From Tubiluchus corallicola (taxonomy: Eukaryota; Animalia; Priapulida), in the NCBI GenBank assembly GCA_030141605.1, contig JAQGDQ010000307.1, forward strand, positions 210,845-274,844: 64,000 nt of DNA, in the 5' to 3' direction. The notes beneath the pieces are model-generated. The model saw nothing but the letters and a program-made list of their open reading frames with translations. It searched no databases and was not told the DNA's origin. This document shows, piece after piece, positions 49,501 to 63,368 of the stretch (positions are counted from its first letter, which is position 1; each line of letters starts with the position of its first letter). The translations under genes were made by a program, and so were the position numbers.

Positions 49501-49846
49501 TATGGATGCTCTTGTTCCATATCATTTCTGCATCACCACAGCGTCCCTGCTTGGTCATTTGAATCCCCTCTGGGACACGGTTCTGTTAGGTGACATGTTT
49601 TATGATGAGAGCTTTGCTGAGCTGCTTCTGGAATGGGCTTATAATTTATCATCGCCCAGTCGACGGGTGTTGATTGGTGATCCCGGCAGAACCCACTACT
49701 ATGATCTACTATTATCCAGAAAAATGAAGAAGGTTGCTACGTACCCCCTTCCACCACATTGCAAACAAGAAAATAATGGTATGACTGAAGCATCAGTATG
49801 GACTTTTGATGAAACAACTACTATAAAGCCGCAGAAAGTAGAATAA
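46542..49846 (+). CDS. ETFBKMT: Electron transfer flavoprotein beta subunit lysine methyltransferase (METTL20), 3 coding exons, ~276 aa
   Basis: Exons 46542-46816, 47216-47343, 49419-49846. Total 831 nt. Motifs 'TPEIKLRLITP', 'DPYFAFYWPGGQVLSRYVLDNP', SAM motif I 'VLDVGSGCGASAIAA', 'ANDIDP', 'LGDMFYD', 'VLIGDPGR', 'ENNG'. The N-terminus lacks acidic residues, consistent with a mitochondrial presequence. Confidence 0.93.
47515..49000 (-). pseudogene. Degraded RTE-like LINE reverse-transcriptase fragment in ETFBKMT intron 2
   Basis: Minus-strand translation near 48470-48550 gives 'IATFMDFSNAFDSISKETVWDILRHYGIP' (RT 'DF.KAFDS' motif); 'DFWGISLISV' near 48700; interrupted by stops and frameshifts; TAAG-like tail near 47520. 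Boundaries approximate. Confidence 0.75.
47818..47975. repeat. Tandem repeat, ~61-bp unit x ~2.6
   Basis: Unit TGTTTGTGGACCTCCAGAC...AGTTTCAAAGA... restarts at about 47820, 47881 and 47942. Confidence 0.85.
49232..49332. repeat. Degenerate (AATAY)n pentamer microsatellite
   Basis: A run of caatacaatgcaatacaat...aatataatataatacaat. Confidence 0.75.
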
Positions 49847-50410
49847 TTGGTTTTCATCCATAACCCTTGAGTTGTGACTATGATATTTGTGTGCTTCACA
49901 GTGCTTGAATAGCAAATCGTCCACTAGTCAGCAATTAAGCTTTTCTAGATATTCACGTATCCCTAAATCTCCATTTCTTGTGGATTATTTTGATACCAAG
50001 CACATCGCTCTATGTTCTTTATAAGCTGAGATAATCCACATTGAAGTTGAGGTGCACACTATGCACTGAAAAACATAATCTTGAGAAAATTGCTCATAAA
50101 GTTAGCCATGTTTTTTTTGTCACATTTCTGCACACCACTTAGCGACTGCACAAATGTTGATGGTCTTTGCAAGAACACATTGAAGTTATGTGTAAATTCC
50201 TGACGAAGAATTGGGCTTGGTTGCAGAAAAAAAAACCCCAAGCAAAATCACTGTTTCCACGAGCTACAATCAGAGTTTGAAAATACGAGTTTTTTTTACA
50301 ATTGCAGTTTCTAGCCAGAAAAGTGGGTACAGGGTTAAAAAATTAGATTTTTAGTATTTTCTGAACATTTTCTAGATAATTTGATGCTAGTATATAAAAG
50401 TCCAATATAT

Positions 50411-51025
50411 TTCTTCTTCTTCTTCTTGTGTTGCTCAAAACATCTATTGTAGACAGAGACTCTATCCTTTATTAGAGCACTTCACTGTTTCCTGTCTGCA
50501 GCTAAAATTTTCAATTCCTGTGATGCTATTGTTACGTAGGTTCCAGCTGTTGTAAATCTTTATTATTTCTTGATATCCAAGTTGTTTTTGATTTGCCTGG
50601 AGGCCATCTAGTAGGTTTCAGTGCCTTGTTTAATGCTAATCTTACTGGTGTTGTTTCTGGCAATCTCATAAAATGTCCTACCATCTTAGTCTTCTGATTC
50701 TGATTCTAGTGCTCCAGTGTTCTTCTTTAGTTCTGTTGTACAGCTGCTCCATTTGAAACGACATGTGGCCATTTTATTTTTAAGGTTTTTCTGAGTAAGC
50801 CTGTGTGAAATACATTTATGTCTACTTCCTGCATTGCAGTTAAGCCACACATTTCATTGCTGTACATGAAGATACTAGTTACATATGCATTAGAGAGTTG
50901 CAGCCTTGTTTTGACGGATAGTTTCTTGCTGGTTAGAATTGATTTATTTTGGATAAAACCATACATTGCCCTTTGTTTCCTGTTTTTGATATCATCTTCT
51001 GTGTTAATTAGTGGTCCCACGTATT
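50411..51025 (-). mobile_element. 3' fragment of an RTE-like LINE
   Basis: ORF 50727..51020 'LSVKTRLQLSNAYVTSIFMYSNE..LLRKTLKIKWP' is a typical non-LTR ORF2 C-terminus. It continues as 'PPGKSKTTW' and 'LAADRKQ' and ends in a (GAA)n tail at 50411-50427. Confidence 0.75.
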
Positions 51026-54000
51026 TATTTGTTTATATAATATATTTAGCATTTTTATAATAAACAAAAAATTTACATTTGACCAAATTTTTGGTGCATT
51101 CTACTTTGGGGCATCATAACGCAGTTTTTACTATGCCAACTTGTGGACAGTTTCGGTTTGCAAGCACACATTTGTAAATTAGATGGCCATATTTACAAAT
51201 AAACTGACAATTCTTTTTGGTACTAATAGGATACAAACGGACTCTTACTGCCTAACTACTTGTGATATGCTTCATCTTAAGTAGACATATTCTTGAGCGT
51301 TGGGGTTTCTTAGTAAAAGTTTTTGATATAATAACAAGTAAACTCATATCAATTTTTCCAAAATAAATTGAAATGCTTCATACACCTACATCATTTGTAG
51401 AAAAGTATTTAGAAACCAATGGCTTGAATTTCTACACTTTGGTCATAAATGTTGGTATTTATAACTAGGTCTTATACGCAATTTCATACAGTATTTATTT
51501 TAGTAGTTTTTAATTTAATAATAGCCAGCTGATTTTGCCTTTACTAAACAGCAAAATAAATGAAACAAATTGTTAGACTGCATAGTTTCAATGTAGCCTG
51601 TTAAGTGGCAACATACTTCAAAAATCCCTCATCCTCTTCCTGTATAACTGATGATGTTGTTGGCTAGTTCTCCTTACCAGGTAGTGTTCTGCAGTGCGGC
51701 GATCAGAATGGCCACGTAGTAACTAAAAGTTGTGAAGTAGCTTTGTTGTTCATAACCCTATACACTCATGCTTACTTTAAATCAGTATTTTTGTTAATTC
51801 AATAGATTTGTTCTCTTGTTGAATAGCCATGTAATCTCCTGTTACACACGTCTTTGTAAGAAGTTTATGGACTTGGTGAATAATCTATTTTTGCTGATTG
51901 GTAAAATAGTCAATGAAAATAGTTAGTTTTTTATAACTGAATGTAATTACTCAGTTTTTAAAATTTTGTTAGTATTGTGTTGCTAAGTACATGTTATATA
52001 ATGCAAAAATTTTTTGTGCAATAGTTTGAAACATATTTATGTGTATTGATGTATTGTATAATTGTGGCTATATATTCATTTTGTGCCTAATCAGTTACTC
52101 TATAGGTTGTGCTTATCATTTTTGATTAAAGTTTATTTTTGGAAGTATTCCTGCTATAATGATGCAATTTTTTATCCATTTTGTCCTGTACATGTGTTAT
52201 TGTTAAGCTCACTTATTGTCTTGAGCATGTACCATTGGTGCTACTTTTGAATTATTTAGATTTATATAGACTATGTTTTAAAAGAGCTGTGTTTCAAACT
52301 TTTTACATTTATATGAATTTTATTGGATAGAATTTTGTGTGAAAATTGTTGTTGTTACAACTTGGGAACAATGGTGTGCCAAAGTTACTAAAGTGCATGT
52401 TATATCCATATACAAATATAAACAATATAAGAATAGATTATGTGTCAAATAATCTTATAATATCAAATTTATTATAATTACGTGAGTTTTATTAGATAGA
52501 ATTTCGTGCCAAATTTGTTATAATTATGCAAACTTTGTTAGGAACAAGATATGCTGAATTTGCTAAAAATGCATTGTTTAGACAGTAATAGAGGAAATTT
52601 GAGAGCTTTATTACTCTGTTGTGTTATTATGATGCAGCGATAGCACTTTTGAATTAAATTAAATAATTTCTTAATTTGTGCTTATTTGCAGTAATTACTT
52701 GTGAACAAGCTCTTTGCTGTCTTAGTGAATCAGAGTAAGATTCTATTAGGTAGTTATATTTTAGCATTAAATTTCTAAACTTTAGCATAGTGTTCTGGAG
52801 CCTACTTTGTAATAGTACTGTATTCAAAGAATCATTAATCTTGATATGTTAAACTGTAAATTTTTCACATGCTATTTGTAAAGCATATATACTGTAGCTT
52901 GTTCTTAGAATAGTGATAATAAATTTTTGTGTATCCAATAATTATTGTCGCCTTCAGTTGTATAGTAATGTATGTCAAACCGCTTAGCTGACGTTTACAG
53001 TACTTTCGTTGTTTATCGCTTGCTCTGCTTATACTGTCTGTGTATGTGTTTACACGTAGTCCTGCATGTAGGTGCGCATAAAGTGGAGGCGTGATCAGAG
53101 TGGGCTTACGGGTTACAAAATGGTGATCAAGCAATGTAAATATTGACGGAGAGACTGACGCAGCTATTGCATGCTAAGTAACTTTATAGCCCTAAGTTAC
53201 TTAGCAGTTAGTAAACATTATACCTGAACTATAATGTAGCAATCGTCACACCTTAAAGCCCAAGGCTGTGTTTACGTTTTGTTTGTCATCCCAAACATCT
53301 CTAGAATTAGGCCTAACTTTTTGTCGTTCAAATATACATTGCGCGCTGTGAGATGTTTCCGGAACTAGTTTATATCGTCTTTCTGCTTTCAGCAAACCTC
53401 TAGATCTGTTTTATTTTCGCTTTTTCGTTGAGTAAAAAATATGTAGCCCAGTGTACTGCATGTTCATTGTGCTTTTCATCGGCACGTTATTTTAGACCGA
53501 ATCTGGACTCAGACATTTTTATGTTTTTGACTTTCTGAATTTCTGTCAAACTGACTTGGATCGTAATATGATACGTGTAGACACTACATAAGAGCGATGT
53601 GTTTTTGGTGCCTCTGCATGTAGAAGCACAACTGGGAATTTCTGTGGTGTACTTTGTTTAACGAATTTTACAAATTCTTACTTTAATGTAGAAGAGCATT
53701 TTAAATGAAAATGTAAATTAAAATCGTAGTGGTAATTTAAATATCGCTCCAATTTCAATGATGATAAACTATAAATTGATAGCATTGGCTTAATTAATAA
53801 ACGCTAAGATTAAATTCAAGTTACTGCTCACTCGTAGTTCGGTCATATTCCGAGCTATTAAGACTCCATTAATTTTTTCTGAGCAGTTATTTCCATTTGC
53901 GTTTAATAAAATTGTTTTGCTGGTTCTCCCGCTCTCCTCGCCGTTACAAGTATAGCATACGTACAAGCGTCAGCAACGAAGATGAGGAGTTCTCGTTCTG

Positions 54001-56572
54001 CATTCACCACCGATTTTAAATACCTGCGCGACGTCGTACATACGTCGTCGGATAAGGGTTCTCACTAAATTAATGCTATGCGTTTCTATTTCGGCCATGA
54101 GTCTATCTTCTCTCTCAACCTCCCCATTTAACAACCTTTGTACCATCGACGAACCTTAAACGGAATGACTATACTTAATTGTACTTCAGTTTGACACTGA
54201 CTTAACACTTTGTTATCGTTAGATTCACACCACTTTCTCTCGAATCATCAGATATCGCTTCACAAGCCTCACAAATCTTAGTAAATCACATGATTTATGG
54301 GTTTGTCGACTGTCGTACAGTTATCAGTAAATGTTGGCTAAACAGAATTCAAACAGTCGTGTAGGTCTTTTACTCGGGTTCCAACGTCATCCGCTGTCAA
54401 CTGCTGATTGCTGTAATAAACACCGAGGCTCTTGGAAATGTGCCGATTGCGCTTGCGTGTACAGAGAAGCTGGGACGCACTGCCGGTGTCGGATTTAGGA
54501 TAAATTTGTCTTAACCTTGAGTTTATTATAGTAGCTCTTGCTGAGTTGCCGTTTTTATGAGTACACGTGTGATTTCGGCGATGTGTTCATTGCATTGACG
54601 TTTCACTATTATATTACTTTCGGTCTGCAAATATGTTCTGTACTCTCAAACTGGCTCTACTCACTGTCTAAATCTCAAACAAGTGTGGTATTATAATAAA
54701 TAGAGCAACATCAGAAAGAAAGTTACAAAGTTTAAATTTTGGAAAAATAACCAAGAACAAAAAAACTTGCTGATTGTCAGTAATAATCTGATTACGACGT
54801 TATTGTACGAGGAAGTGATAATAAGAGTACTTTACAGTACCATATCCTATATTCCATATTTTACTCATTCTCATTTCTTGCTGTACCAAAGTAAAAAAGT
54901 AAAACAGAATTATAACTTCGCAAAACGTTTCAAGATTGTTAAATGGTTAAAGCCTGCAATTTCTGTAGTACCGTATCCGAGCAAAAATGTGGACGGAACG
55001 TTGCCTAAACCCAAGAAAGAGGTTACGTAGGATTAGGAAGGAAAGGATGATTTGATGTACGACTTGGCTTTTTTCCATTGTTTCCAAGTTCGTAATAAGC
55101 TGATTTGAAAACTCCAAGAACTATAATATGCTGTGAAATAGCAGTAGAACATCGTTACTGAGCTGGTTAACTGTACCTCTAAAGTTTCATTTATTTGACA
55201 TCAAATTGCAAGTTCGGCTTCAGCATTAGGAAATGTTCGTTTTTTATTGCAATTACACGTTATTATTGATCTTGAATTGGTAATTTCAAAAAGGAGACAT
55301 ATTTGAAATGTTTTGGAGATCCCTGGCCCGTTCTTAGGGCCAGGGTACAAAAGAGGGGCGCGGGATAGCTGAGAGGTAGATCGATCATTGTATGTGTTAG
55401 GTTACAAATTTAAGTAGAGCTGGATCTGGTTAATAGATGATTGTTAGGTGACTGCTTGGAAAGCTCCTTTGGATTATCATTGATACTTTAACAATTAGTT
55501 GTGTAGTGACTGTAATCCTAAATTTACTGGCTGTTGCCAGTAAATGCTGTACATCAGCTTATAGCAAGTGTGCGGCGTCGAACTTTGTCTGAAAAACAAT
55601 GCTGTGGTAAAAACAAAAAGCAGTGGTAACAATGACGCAATATTTTTTTAACTTGACTCGAATTGTTGGTACAATAAATTAACTGACTGCAATAAATAAA
55701 CAAAAATAACATCAATTAAAGTTTAAAGTCAAACAGAGGCTAGGAGCAATAGCCCAGAAATGTTGAAAGTGGAACCAAACTTTGGAAGTCATTTTATAAT
55801 TAACACTAGCTCCAAAAAATCTTTCAACATGTTTTCGTCTGTGTATTTTAATCAGTACACATATAAATAAGATCATGTGAGAACCGCTATTCAAAATTCA
55901 AGTTTACATAGCCACAGGCTGTTGTTACGTACGTCACGAAGAATCAGGAATTAATGCCCGATCTATGATGAATCGGGTTTATCAGGTAAGGTACCCAATT
56001 ATAACAAGCCACAGCTCATTTTCAACATTATTGATCAGCAATGTGCATTACAGTTCTGTAGCTACCACCTCATTAGTTTTAATGCTCAAATCTTCTGCCG
56101 CGCATTTACCGGCATTTTTTATCTTGGTTGTTGCGCGGGTACGCCTCAAACGATCCTCACAAGCCTCACAATCGTATTCGCTGTTACACACGATCATGGC
56201 ACGTGAACTGCTTGTGAACGGTGGGCTGCTCTTTATCATCCAATGAAATTTGTGCTGAGTAATAAGGTAAAAATACCAGCAAATCAAATCAGCGTATTGC
56301 GACACACCTTTAAGGGCGTCATTAACCGACACGGCCACGTTTCGCGGTAAATTTTCTAGTTCTGACCGAAAATCAATGCGCCATAAAATAGTTCTATCTT
56401 ATAAAATTTAGATTATTATAGGAAGTACATAAGTTTCGATAACGCGTTTGATACCTTGATACATTTTTGATGTTGCTTTATGTACTCCAAATACTGTGAT
56501 AGGCTTAAAACGCAACATTTTAATTAAATGACGCGGCAGTTTAATCACTATGAGTGAATTGTCGTATCGCGG

Positions 56573-56580
56573 TATATAAG
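56573..56580 (+). promoter_or_regulatory. Candidate TATA box of the SLC34 gene
   Basis: TATATAAG about 40 nt upstream of the AAAATGG start codon at 56618, in a CpG-rich upstream region. Confidence 0.45.
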
Positions 56581-56617
56581 AAAGTGGGCCTTTTCTGAGG
56601 CTCTGAACAATTACAAA

Positions 56618-59600
56618 ATGGCAGATTATGTTACGAAGATTCTTAGAGAGTCTCCAGATGCTCCGTTACACGAGTTTTCGGACGCTGATACAGGGATAAA
56701 TATGAAACAGGTAAGTGCAGTTACTTATTTTATGTAAGGTACATTGCAAACTTCGTGTAAATTTTGTGCCGTTCGGGGTTTTGGGGGGGATTGTAAAGTT
56801 GTCTGACGTGTTTCAATGAATTCACGGCAGGAAGCAAAAGTTGATCATGAGGCGCTGACAAAGAAGGGTGTCCACATTCTGGAAGCAGCAGCGACAGTCT
56901 GCCTTATGCTACCCGAGAAAGAGGATGATAGATCGATTGAAACTTCTTATCCCAGCTCCAGTGATGAAGAACTTGACCCGTGGGCACTTCCCGAACTTCA
57001 AGACAACGGAGTCCAATGGTCAGGTAGTGGGCAGTTTACCTTACCGCGCCTGTATCTGTCCATTCACAAAAACCGGCGAAGACGCCAATAGTACTTTGGC
57101 GCGCCGGCTGACAGTTGTTAAAACGCGCACTGACTAGCGAGTAATGCATGCAGTCAATACATGTATAATGTACTAATGAGGTTTTTACTTTTTCCAGATT
57201 TGTTTTTCCTTGAAGTAATTGTAAATGTTTGTAGTGTTTTTTAAAAAAATCTTGAACTTCAAATGTATCAGTATCTTGTCATTTTAAGTTACATTGCAAT
57301 TAAGTTCAGATTTAGCTCACAGTGGTTTCTATTGTTTTTTGGAGTGCTTGTTTTTTGGTAAATGATCCTGTTGACTCTAGTAATGTTTTAAGTCTTTAAA
57401 ATTTTCAAGTTTCATGACTTGAGTTATGTAACTTGTAAGCAACAATGAATTTAATGATTTTTCATAAATTTTCTGTAGAATTATCTACTAAAGCAAAGTT
57501 CAAAAAAGTCATCGTTGACTACATTGGGAGAGGAATTACTCTCTTGGCACTTCTTTACCTCTTCATATGTTCCTTGGATTTCTTGAGGTTTGTATTTGAC
57601 TTTACTCTTAAATCTGCAACTTTGATCATATCCTTATAATTATTATATTGTAGTAATGTGACTGATTTTTTTAATTTGACATATTTTAACGTGTGATTGT
57701 TTTTATTTATTATTTTTATTTTACACATTAAAATAGAGAAACATGTCCATTGTGTGCACACGAAGACTATATATTGATGCAGTTTTTCATGTCATTTGAC
57801 AAATTTTAAAAACAAATTTCTGTTATCTTGTTTTATTTTCTGCATCTACTAAACAACTTGCAATTAAATTTTGGAACAAGAGTTGTCTTGCGAACATGTT
57901 TTCCTGTCCGTAACACTGCACATGTGTGAGGTCCGAGTGCAACAGAGTGTAAACTAAACATATTTTATTTCTGATTACAGCTCTGGATTTCGGCTTGTAG
58001 GCGGAAAAACGTCCGGTGAAATTTTCAGTGACAATGAGCTTCTATCTAATCCAGTCTCTGGTTTAATGATGGGTGTTTTGGCCACTGTTCTTGTCCAGAG
58101 TTCCAGCACTTCCACGTCTATTGTCGTTACAATGGTTGCTTCAGAAAGTAAGCATTAATAAAACCACTTACTAGTTAATTTGTGATATATTAAAATTGCC
58201 AACGAGTGCAAATGAACGACTAGCATGTCGTAAATAAATAAATAGTCGCCAGACTAAGCTCAGTCCATTCCATATTTTGAATTAAAATGATTTGTGAACT
58301 ATGCGTATGTGTAGTGGAGTGTTCTTCAGTAATAAGTCTCGAGTCACATGATATCTTGGTTAAGGAGTTCACGATCTGTACTCTGTAAATCGACAAATGG
58401 GAAGCTGGTTTGTAACACAAGTGGCATTTCCCACTCTGGCAACACAATGCTGTGTTTGTGGTCGTGAAGTCACGTCTTGGTACTTGGGTCGTATTTCCGA
58501 AAAATATCACAATTTAGGTAGTTTCAGACTTTTAGGTTGCTTATAAGTGTGCTGCAAATTTTATTTGCATTAAGTTTTTAAGGACTTTTTGTTAGTAATT
58601 TCAGATCCTAGATTTGAATGAGTGTTATTATACAGAGGCATAAGAATTTAAGTTATAGCTAAAATTTAGATGTAAAAACAAGAAAGCCTCAGATAAGTTT
58701 GCTTAGCTCAAGTTTAGTTGCCTTGTCATTACAGAGTAAAATTACATTATCACATGTCATGCAACTAAAATTTGAGTAGGAAGCAATGTGTCTGCGTTAT
58801 AAAAGAAGGAAGATTAAGTGCGCATATATTAAACGTTGCTACTAATCGTAAATAAAAATAACTAAGGTAAAAATTGTACTAGTTTTTGAAATTCCTTTTT
58901 TTTACTTAAGTGGGCGTATAACGTAGTGCTACACTGTGAGGCAAAAGCACTTCTCGCCTAAGATAAATAATGACTTGTTTATAAGTTAAAGTACCAAGTC
59001 AATAATTGAACGTTTATATTGCATTTCACATTCCAAGGAATGCAGTTAAGGTACTGAGTCAATAATTAAACGTTTGTATTGCATTTCATATTCCAAGGAC
59101 TGCAGTTAAAACTAAAGACTACACCTGCCATAATTTGGATCTACTGCTGTACCAACTAGTTGCTTCATAGGCCGAAGGATTTGTTTAAGCTGTGACTTTA
59201 CATTAAATATGCAAAAAGCAATTTAACAATGTGACTTTGTGGACCAATAAATGTTACTTTAATAATGTCTTAAGTGTATCTGCTACTTGGTTTTATTTGA
59301 TTTTAAGGATACTGAAAAGTTCTTTAAGCATTAACAAAGACTTTCAAGGGTAATAGCACCTATAAAGTCAAAAAAGTATTAGAGAGAGAGTTTCTACGAT
59401 GCTTGTTCAGACTATTGAGAATTTATCCAGGGTTAATTATCCTATTAGGGATTTATCCTATTTCAGGTTATCCAGAGTTTCTATAATGTTTATTCAGGTT
59501 ATAAAGTTCTTGATTGGTTTCTTCTGAGCAGATTTGATAAACAGCAGCTGAATTCCCGTGTTTTACAACGTTTATGATTTTTCAGTTATCACTGTGAGAA

Positions 59601-62293
59601 ATGCCATTCCCATTATCATGGGCGCTAATATTGGCACCTCTTTGACGAATACCATTGTTTCACTGGCTCAGTCATCAGAAAGAAATGAGTTTCGTCGAGC
59701 ATTTGGAGGAGCAACCGTACACGATATGTTCAACTGGTTATCTGTGGTGATATTATTGCCCCTAGAAGCAACAACAGGTTACATAAATTATTTTTTAATT
59801 TAGTACATAATTTCGTGCTTTCTTTATTGAACATTATTTAGTTGGTGTGTTTTCTATATGATGCAATTTTCAAACTATATTTTCTTCTAGGATACTTGTA
59901 CTGTCTGACCGAATGGCTGACACGTAACGTCAACTTTAGTGCACAACAAGGATTGAATAGAGAATTCTTGACAGTCATTACAAAGCCATTTACAAAACTT
60001 GTTATTCAGGTGAGTGACAATTTCTTGTATCATAATAGTATTTTTTAGAGTCATGAACTCGTTTTCATGCATTGGCTTCTTTGAATTCTTAACTGGACAA
60101 CAGTTTTGCAGCAGCTTCATTAAATACTGTAAACTGAAAAAATGTGCGAGCTAAATTGTTGCGAATTGATCTTCGAATATTTGATTGCGAAGTAAAGTTT
60201 TGGGCACGCACTACTCCAAGCAAGGTTAAAGGTGGAAAAATTTATGGCTTCATTTTTTCATAATCATTGATATGAGTTGCTCATTAGTAGGACTACACGT
60301 TATAGTAAAACACATTGTCAAACAATGCACCATGTTGATAATATTGTCTATATTTAGCAGCATATTCAAGAATTTAACACATTTATCAGCACCAGGAAAT
60401 TGTGCTTGGAAATATATACATTCAGACGTCCTTGCAAAATTTGCAAGCATCTCCAGCGACTTATTGTTAAGGATTTACATGAAAGAATGATTCCAGCATA
60501 AGCCTAATTTTGATATTTATTTGCTGAGTTTTTTGTTTGAATCGTAATCAGTGTTATTAATATAGTAATTTGCCATCTTTCGATTTTTGCTCTTACAAGC
60601 ATAAGCAAAACGTTTGTGGAAGCTGTAAAAAAATTTGTCCGCTTGTTATAGCTAGCTGTTAATTAAGTTTCTAAGGTAATACTATATGTAATTACCAGAA
60701 ACTTTATAGAAATTATGTAGTGACTTTTACTATTGATGTTTGATAAACCTTTCTTTCTTTTACAGTTGGATAAGAAGGTTATAACTGAAATAGCCCTAGG
60801 TGTCCCTGGTGCTGCTGACAAATCTCTCATTAAAACTTATTGTGAGTATGACAAGACAATGGAATTTGTCAACAAAAGCTTGGAATCAAACCTTACAGAG
60901 TATACCTCAGAGTTAGTGGAGGTTAAAAAAGGCATCAATGATTCTTGTAAGTTAACGTATTACATTCATGAATTGTTATTACTATTAATACTGTTTTTCT
61001 AAATTAGAAAGGGGGATTTTAAAACATGTTGCAACATACTTTTTATTAAATTTAAAATGTTCACGCCAGCTGGTAAAGGTGTTCTAGTGAGCACCAAACA
61101 ACATCACTGACTCCACAAAATCAATTATACAATTAATTTTATTGACAAGATAAAGCAATTTATACTTTGCTTGGTTAGTGAAGTGCATGCTACGAATACT
61201 GTTTTTTTCGAACTTTACGTATTGTTATCTTAATTTGTTTAAAAAAAAATGATATATTTTATTTGTTGCAGGTTCTTTTTTGTTTTATAACACTGGACTG
61301 AATGATACAGTTGTTGGAATTGTGCTTCTTGCAATGTCCCTGGTGATGCTTTGTTCGTGTTTAATACTCATGGTTAAAGTGCTTCACTCACTGTTGCGGG
61401 GACAGATTGCTGTCGTCATCAAGAAAACGATAAACTCCGACTTTCCTGGAGCACTGTCTTTTCTAACTGGTTACTTTGCTATTCTCGTTGGTGCTGGCAT
61501 GACCATACTAGTGCAAAGCAGTTCGGTCTTCACGTCAGCTATGACACCCTTGGTCGGAATTGGAGTAATTAGTCTAGACAGGATGTTTCCGCTGACCCTT
61601 GGGGCCAACATTGGCACGACAGTAACCGGCATCTTGGCAGCACTGGCCAGTAGTGGCAGGAGTTTTCAAAGTGCTATACAAATTGCCCTTTGCCATTTAT
61701 TCTTTAACATTTCTGGCATATTGATCTTCTACCCAATTCCTCCAATGCGGAAAGTTCCCATAGGCTTAGCCAAATTATTAGGGAACACAACAGCCAAATA
61801 TCGATGGTTTGCTGTCCTCTATGTATTGGTGATGTTTGTTGTTCTTCCAGGTGGCATCTTTGGTCTCAGTTTGGCAGGACCTATAGTTCTGCTTGCAGTA
61901 TCTGTTCCCCTCGCCACGCTTCTGTTATTTATTGTCATTGTAAATGCCATGCAGAGAAAAGCCCCTGGCCTGCTTCCAGTTCCACTAAGAACATGGGATA
62001 CGTTACCATTATGGATGCATTCACTGCAGCCGTTGGATTCCTTGATTACTAAGCTTGCTTGCTGTGCTTGCTGCAGAAGGCTGACTACCCAATCTCATCC
62101 CAAAATCGTGCTACCACGCAAAGACACGCCCACTAGAGCATTGCTCAGTCCAAGTTCTAGTGCAAATTCAAGTGCTACATCAAGTCGTGCTTCCAGTCAG
62201 TATCCCAGTCGAACCAGTAGTCATGTGAATTTACCTTACAATTTTTCAGCTACAAGGTTAGGTTCCAAACTTGAAACAATCAGTAGTTTATAG
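56618..62293 (+). CDS. SLC34A2: Sodium-dependent phosphate cotransporter, SLC34 (NaPi-II, 2B-like), 8 coding exons, ~691 aa
   Basis: Exons 56618-56710, 56831-57023, 57479-57587, 57981-58147, 59586-59777, 59891-60009, 60766-60946, 61272-62293. Total 2076 nt with consistent phases. Motifs 'DPWALPEL', '[15 protein letters not shown]', two 'VQSSS' repeats, '[11 protein letters not shown]', '[17 protein letters not shown]', '[11 protein letters not shown]', '[10 protein letters not shown]', 'TAKYRWFA'. The symbol marks the closest family member, not strict one-to-one orthology. Confidence 0.94.
58983..59110. repeat. 60-bp tandem duplication in an SLC34 intron
   Basis: AGTTAA.GTAC..AGTCAATAATT.AACGTTT.TATTGCATTTCA.ATTCCAAGGA.TGC occurs twice at a 60-bp period. 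Confidence 0.85.
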
Positions 62294-63170
62294 CATCTTG
62301 TAATGTTTAGGTAATTTGTATTTATTTGTATATTTTCCCGTGTGGCTTACTTTGTGTCATTCGTATTGTGTAAATGATCCTAGTTGTCGAATTAGGAATC
62401 TTTTGTATATATGAATCCTTTTCTTTCATCATGACGATTTCGCACAATAAACGTATCATTTAAGTGATTAATTTAAACGCTATTTGTACTGTTGAATTCA
62501 ACTCTTGTTTTATTTTAATATGGGAGAAACTACTTATTTAATGATCTGATCAATTTCTCGAGCACAGTTTTCACTTTTGTGAAGTTCATCGTTCTTATTT
62601 CGTGTGTATATATTTATTTTGATAAATAAACATTGCATATTATTTAGAAAAAACAATTTAATCTTATCTGTGGATTCATTGTGCATGTGCCCAACAGCAT
62701 CAACCAGACAGTAATTACTGAAAAAAAGTAAAATGGCTAGCATACATAGCTACTACAAAATTAGTAATTTGTTTAGTAGCAGTATCTTGAAGTTTTGGGT
62801 GTCCAAAGCTCAAATTGTTTTTTTATTAGGTCCCCTGATTATTCTGAGGACATTCAAGAATGGGTAGAACGGCTAGAAACCTTGACAGTTACACTGCATA
62901 CATGGGTTGATCTAAGTCAACTCAGTATGGGGGATTAGAGTGGCCTCTCACCTACTGACAACCAAACATAGGCAGAACAGAACTTTTAATACTTCCCCTT
63001 GGGGTTCAGTATGTACTAAGAAAATCCATTAGCTCTGTGTAAGTAATTAGAAGTTGAGTGATTTGTCAGTTTTGACAACCAGTATCAAGCAAAAGCCACT
63101 CAAATGACTGCACTCTGGTTTTTCACATTAATTCAGTACGTATAAATTTTACCGTATAAAGTATTTTAAA

Positions 63171-63368
63171 ATGACCAAAGCAGAAGACACTGAAAGTTCA
63201 CACCAGCATTTTATATCAAAAATATCTAGTGCATCACAAAAAAGTAAAACAGATACTAGAATACGATATTCAGGAGGGTTGTTTAGTTGCCAACAAGAAA
63301 ACGACCAGCTAGATCGTTTAGTAGGCCAATTGAATGACACAATATCAAGATCACCAATAATTCAAAGT
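63171..63368 (+). CDS. Possible first coding exon of an unidentified downstream gene
   Basis: AAAATG start, 66 codons of hydrophilic sequence (MTKAEDTESS...PIIQS), ending at a good donor |GTAAGC. No recognisable homology. Confidence 0.25.

Noticed and set aside
56048-56338. 96-aa antisense ORF upstream of SLC34 (antisense gene, by analogy with vertebrate SLC34 antisense transcripts)
   Set aside because: It has a non-ATG start, no recognisable domain and no supporting splice pattern; open frames of this size are expected in GC-richer promoter DNA.
11555-62293. Functional Ca/phosphate/mitochondrial gene cluster (NCLX, FN3K, ETFBKMT, SLC34)
   Set aside because: The thematic link is tempting, but adjacency in an animal genome is not evidence without conserved synteny or co-expression.
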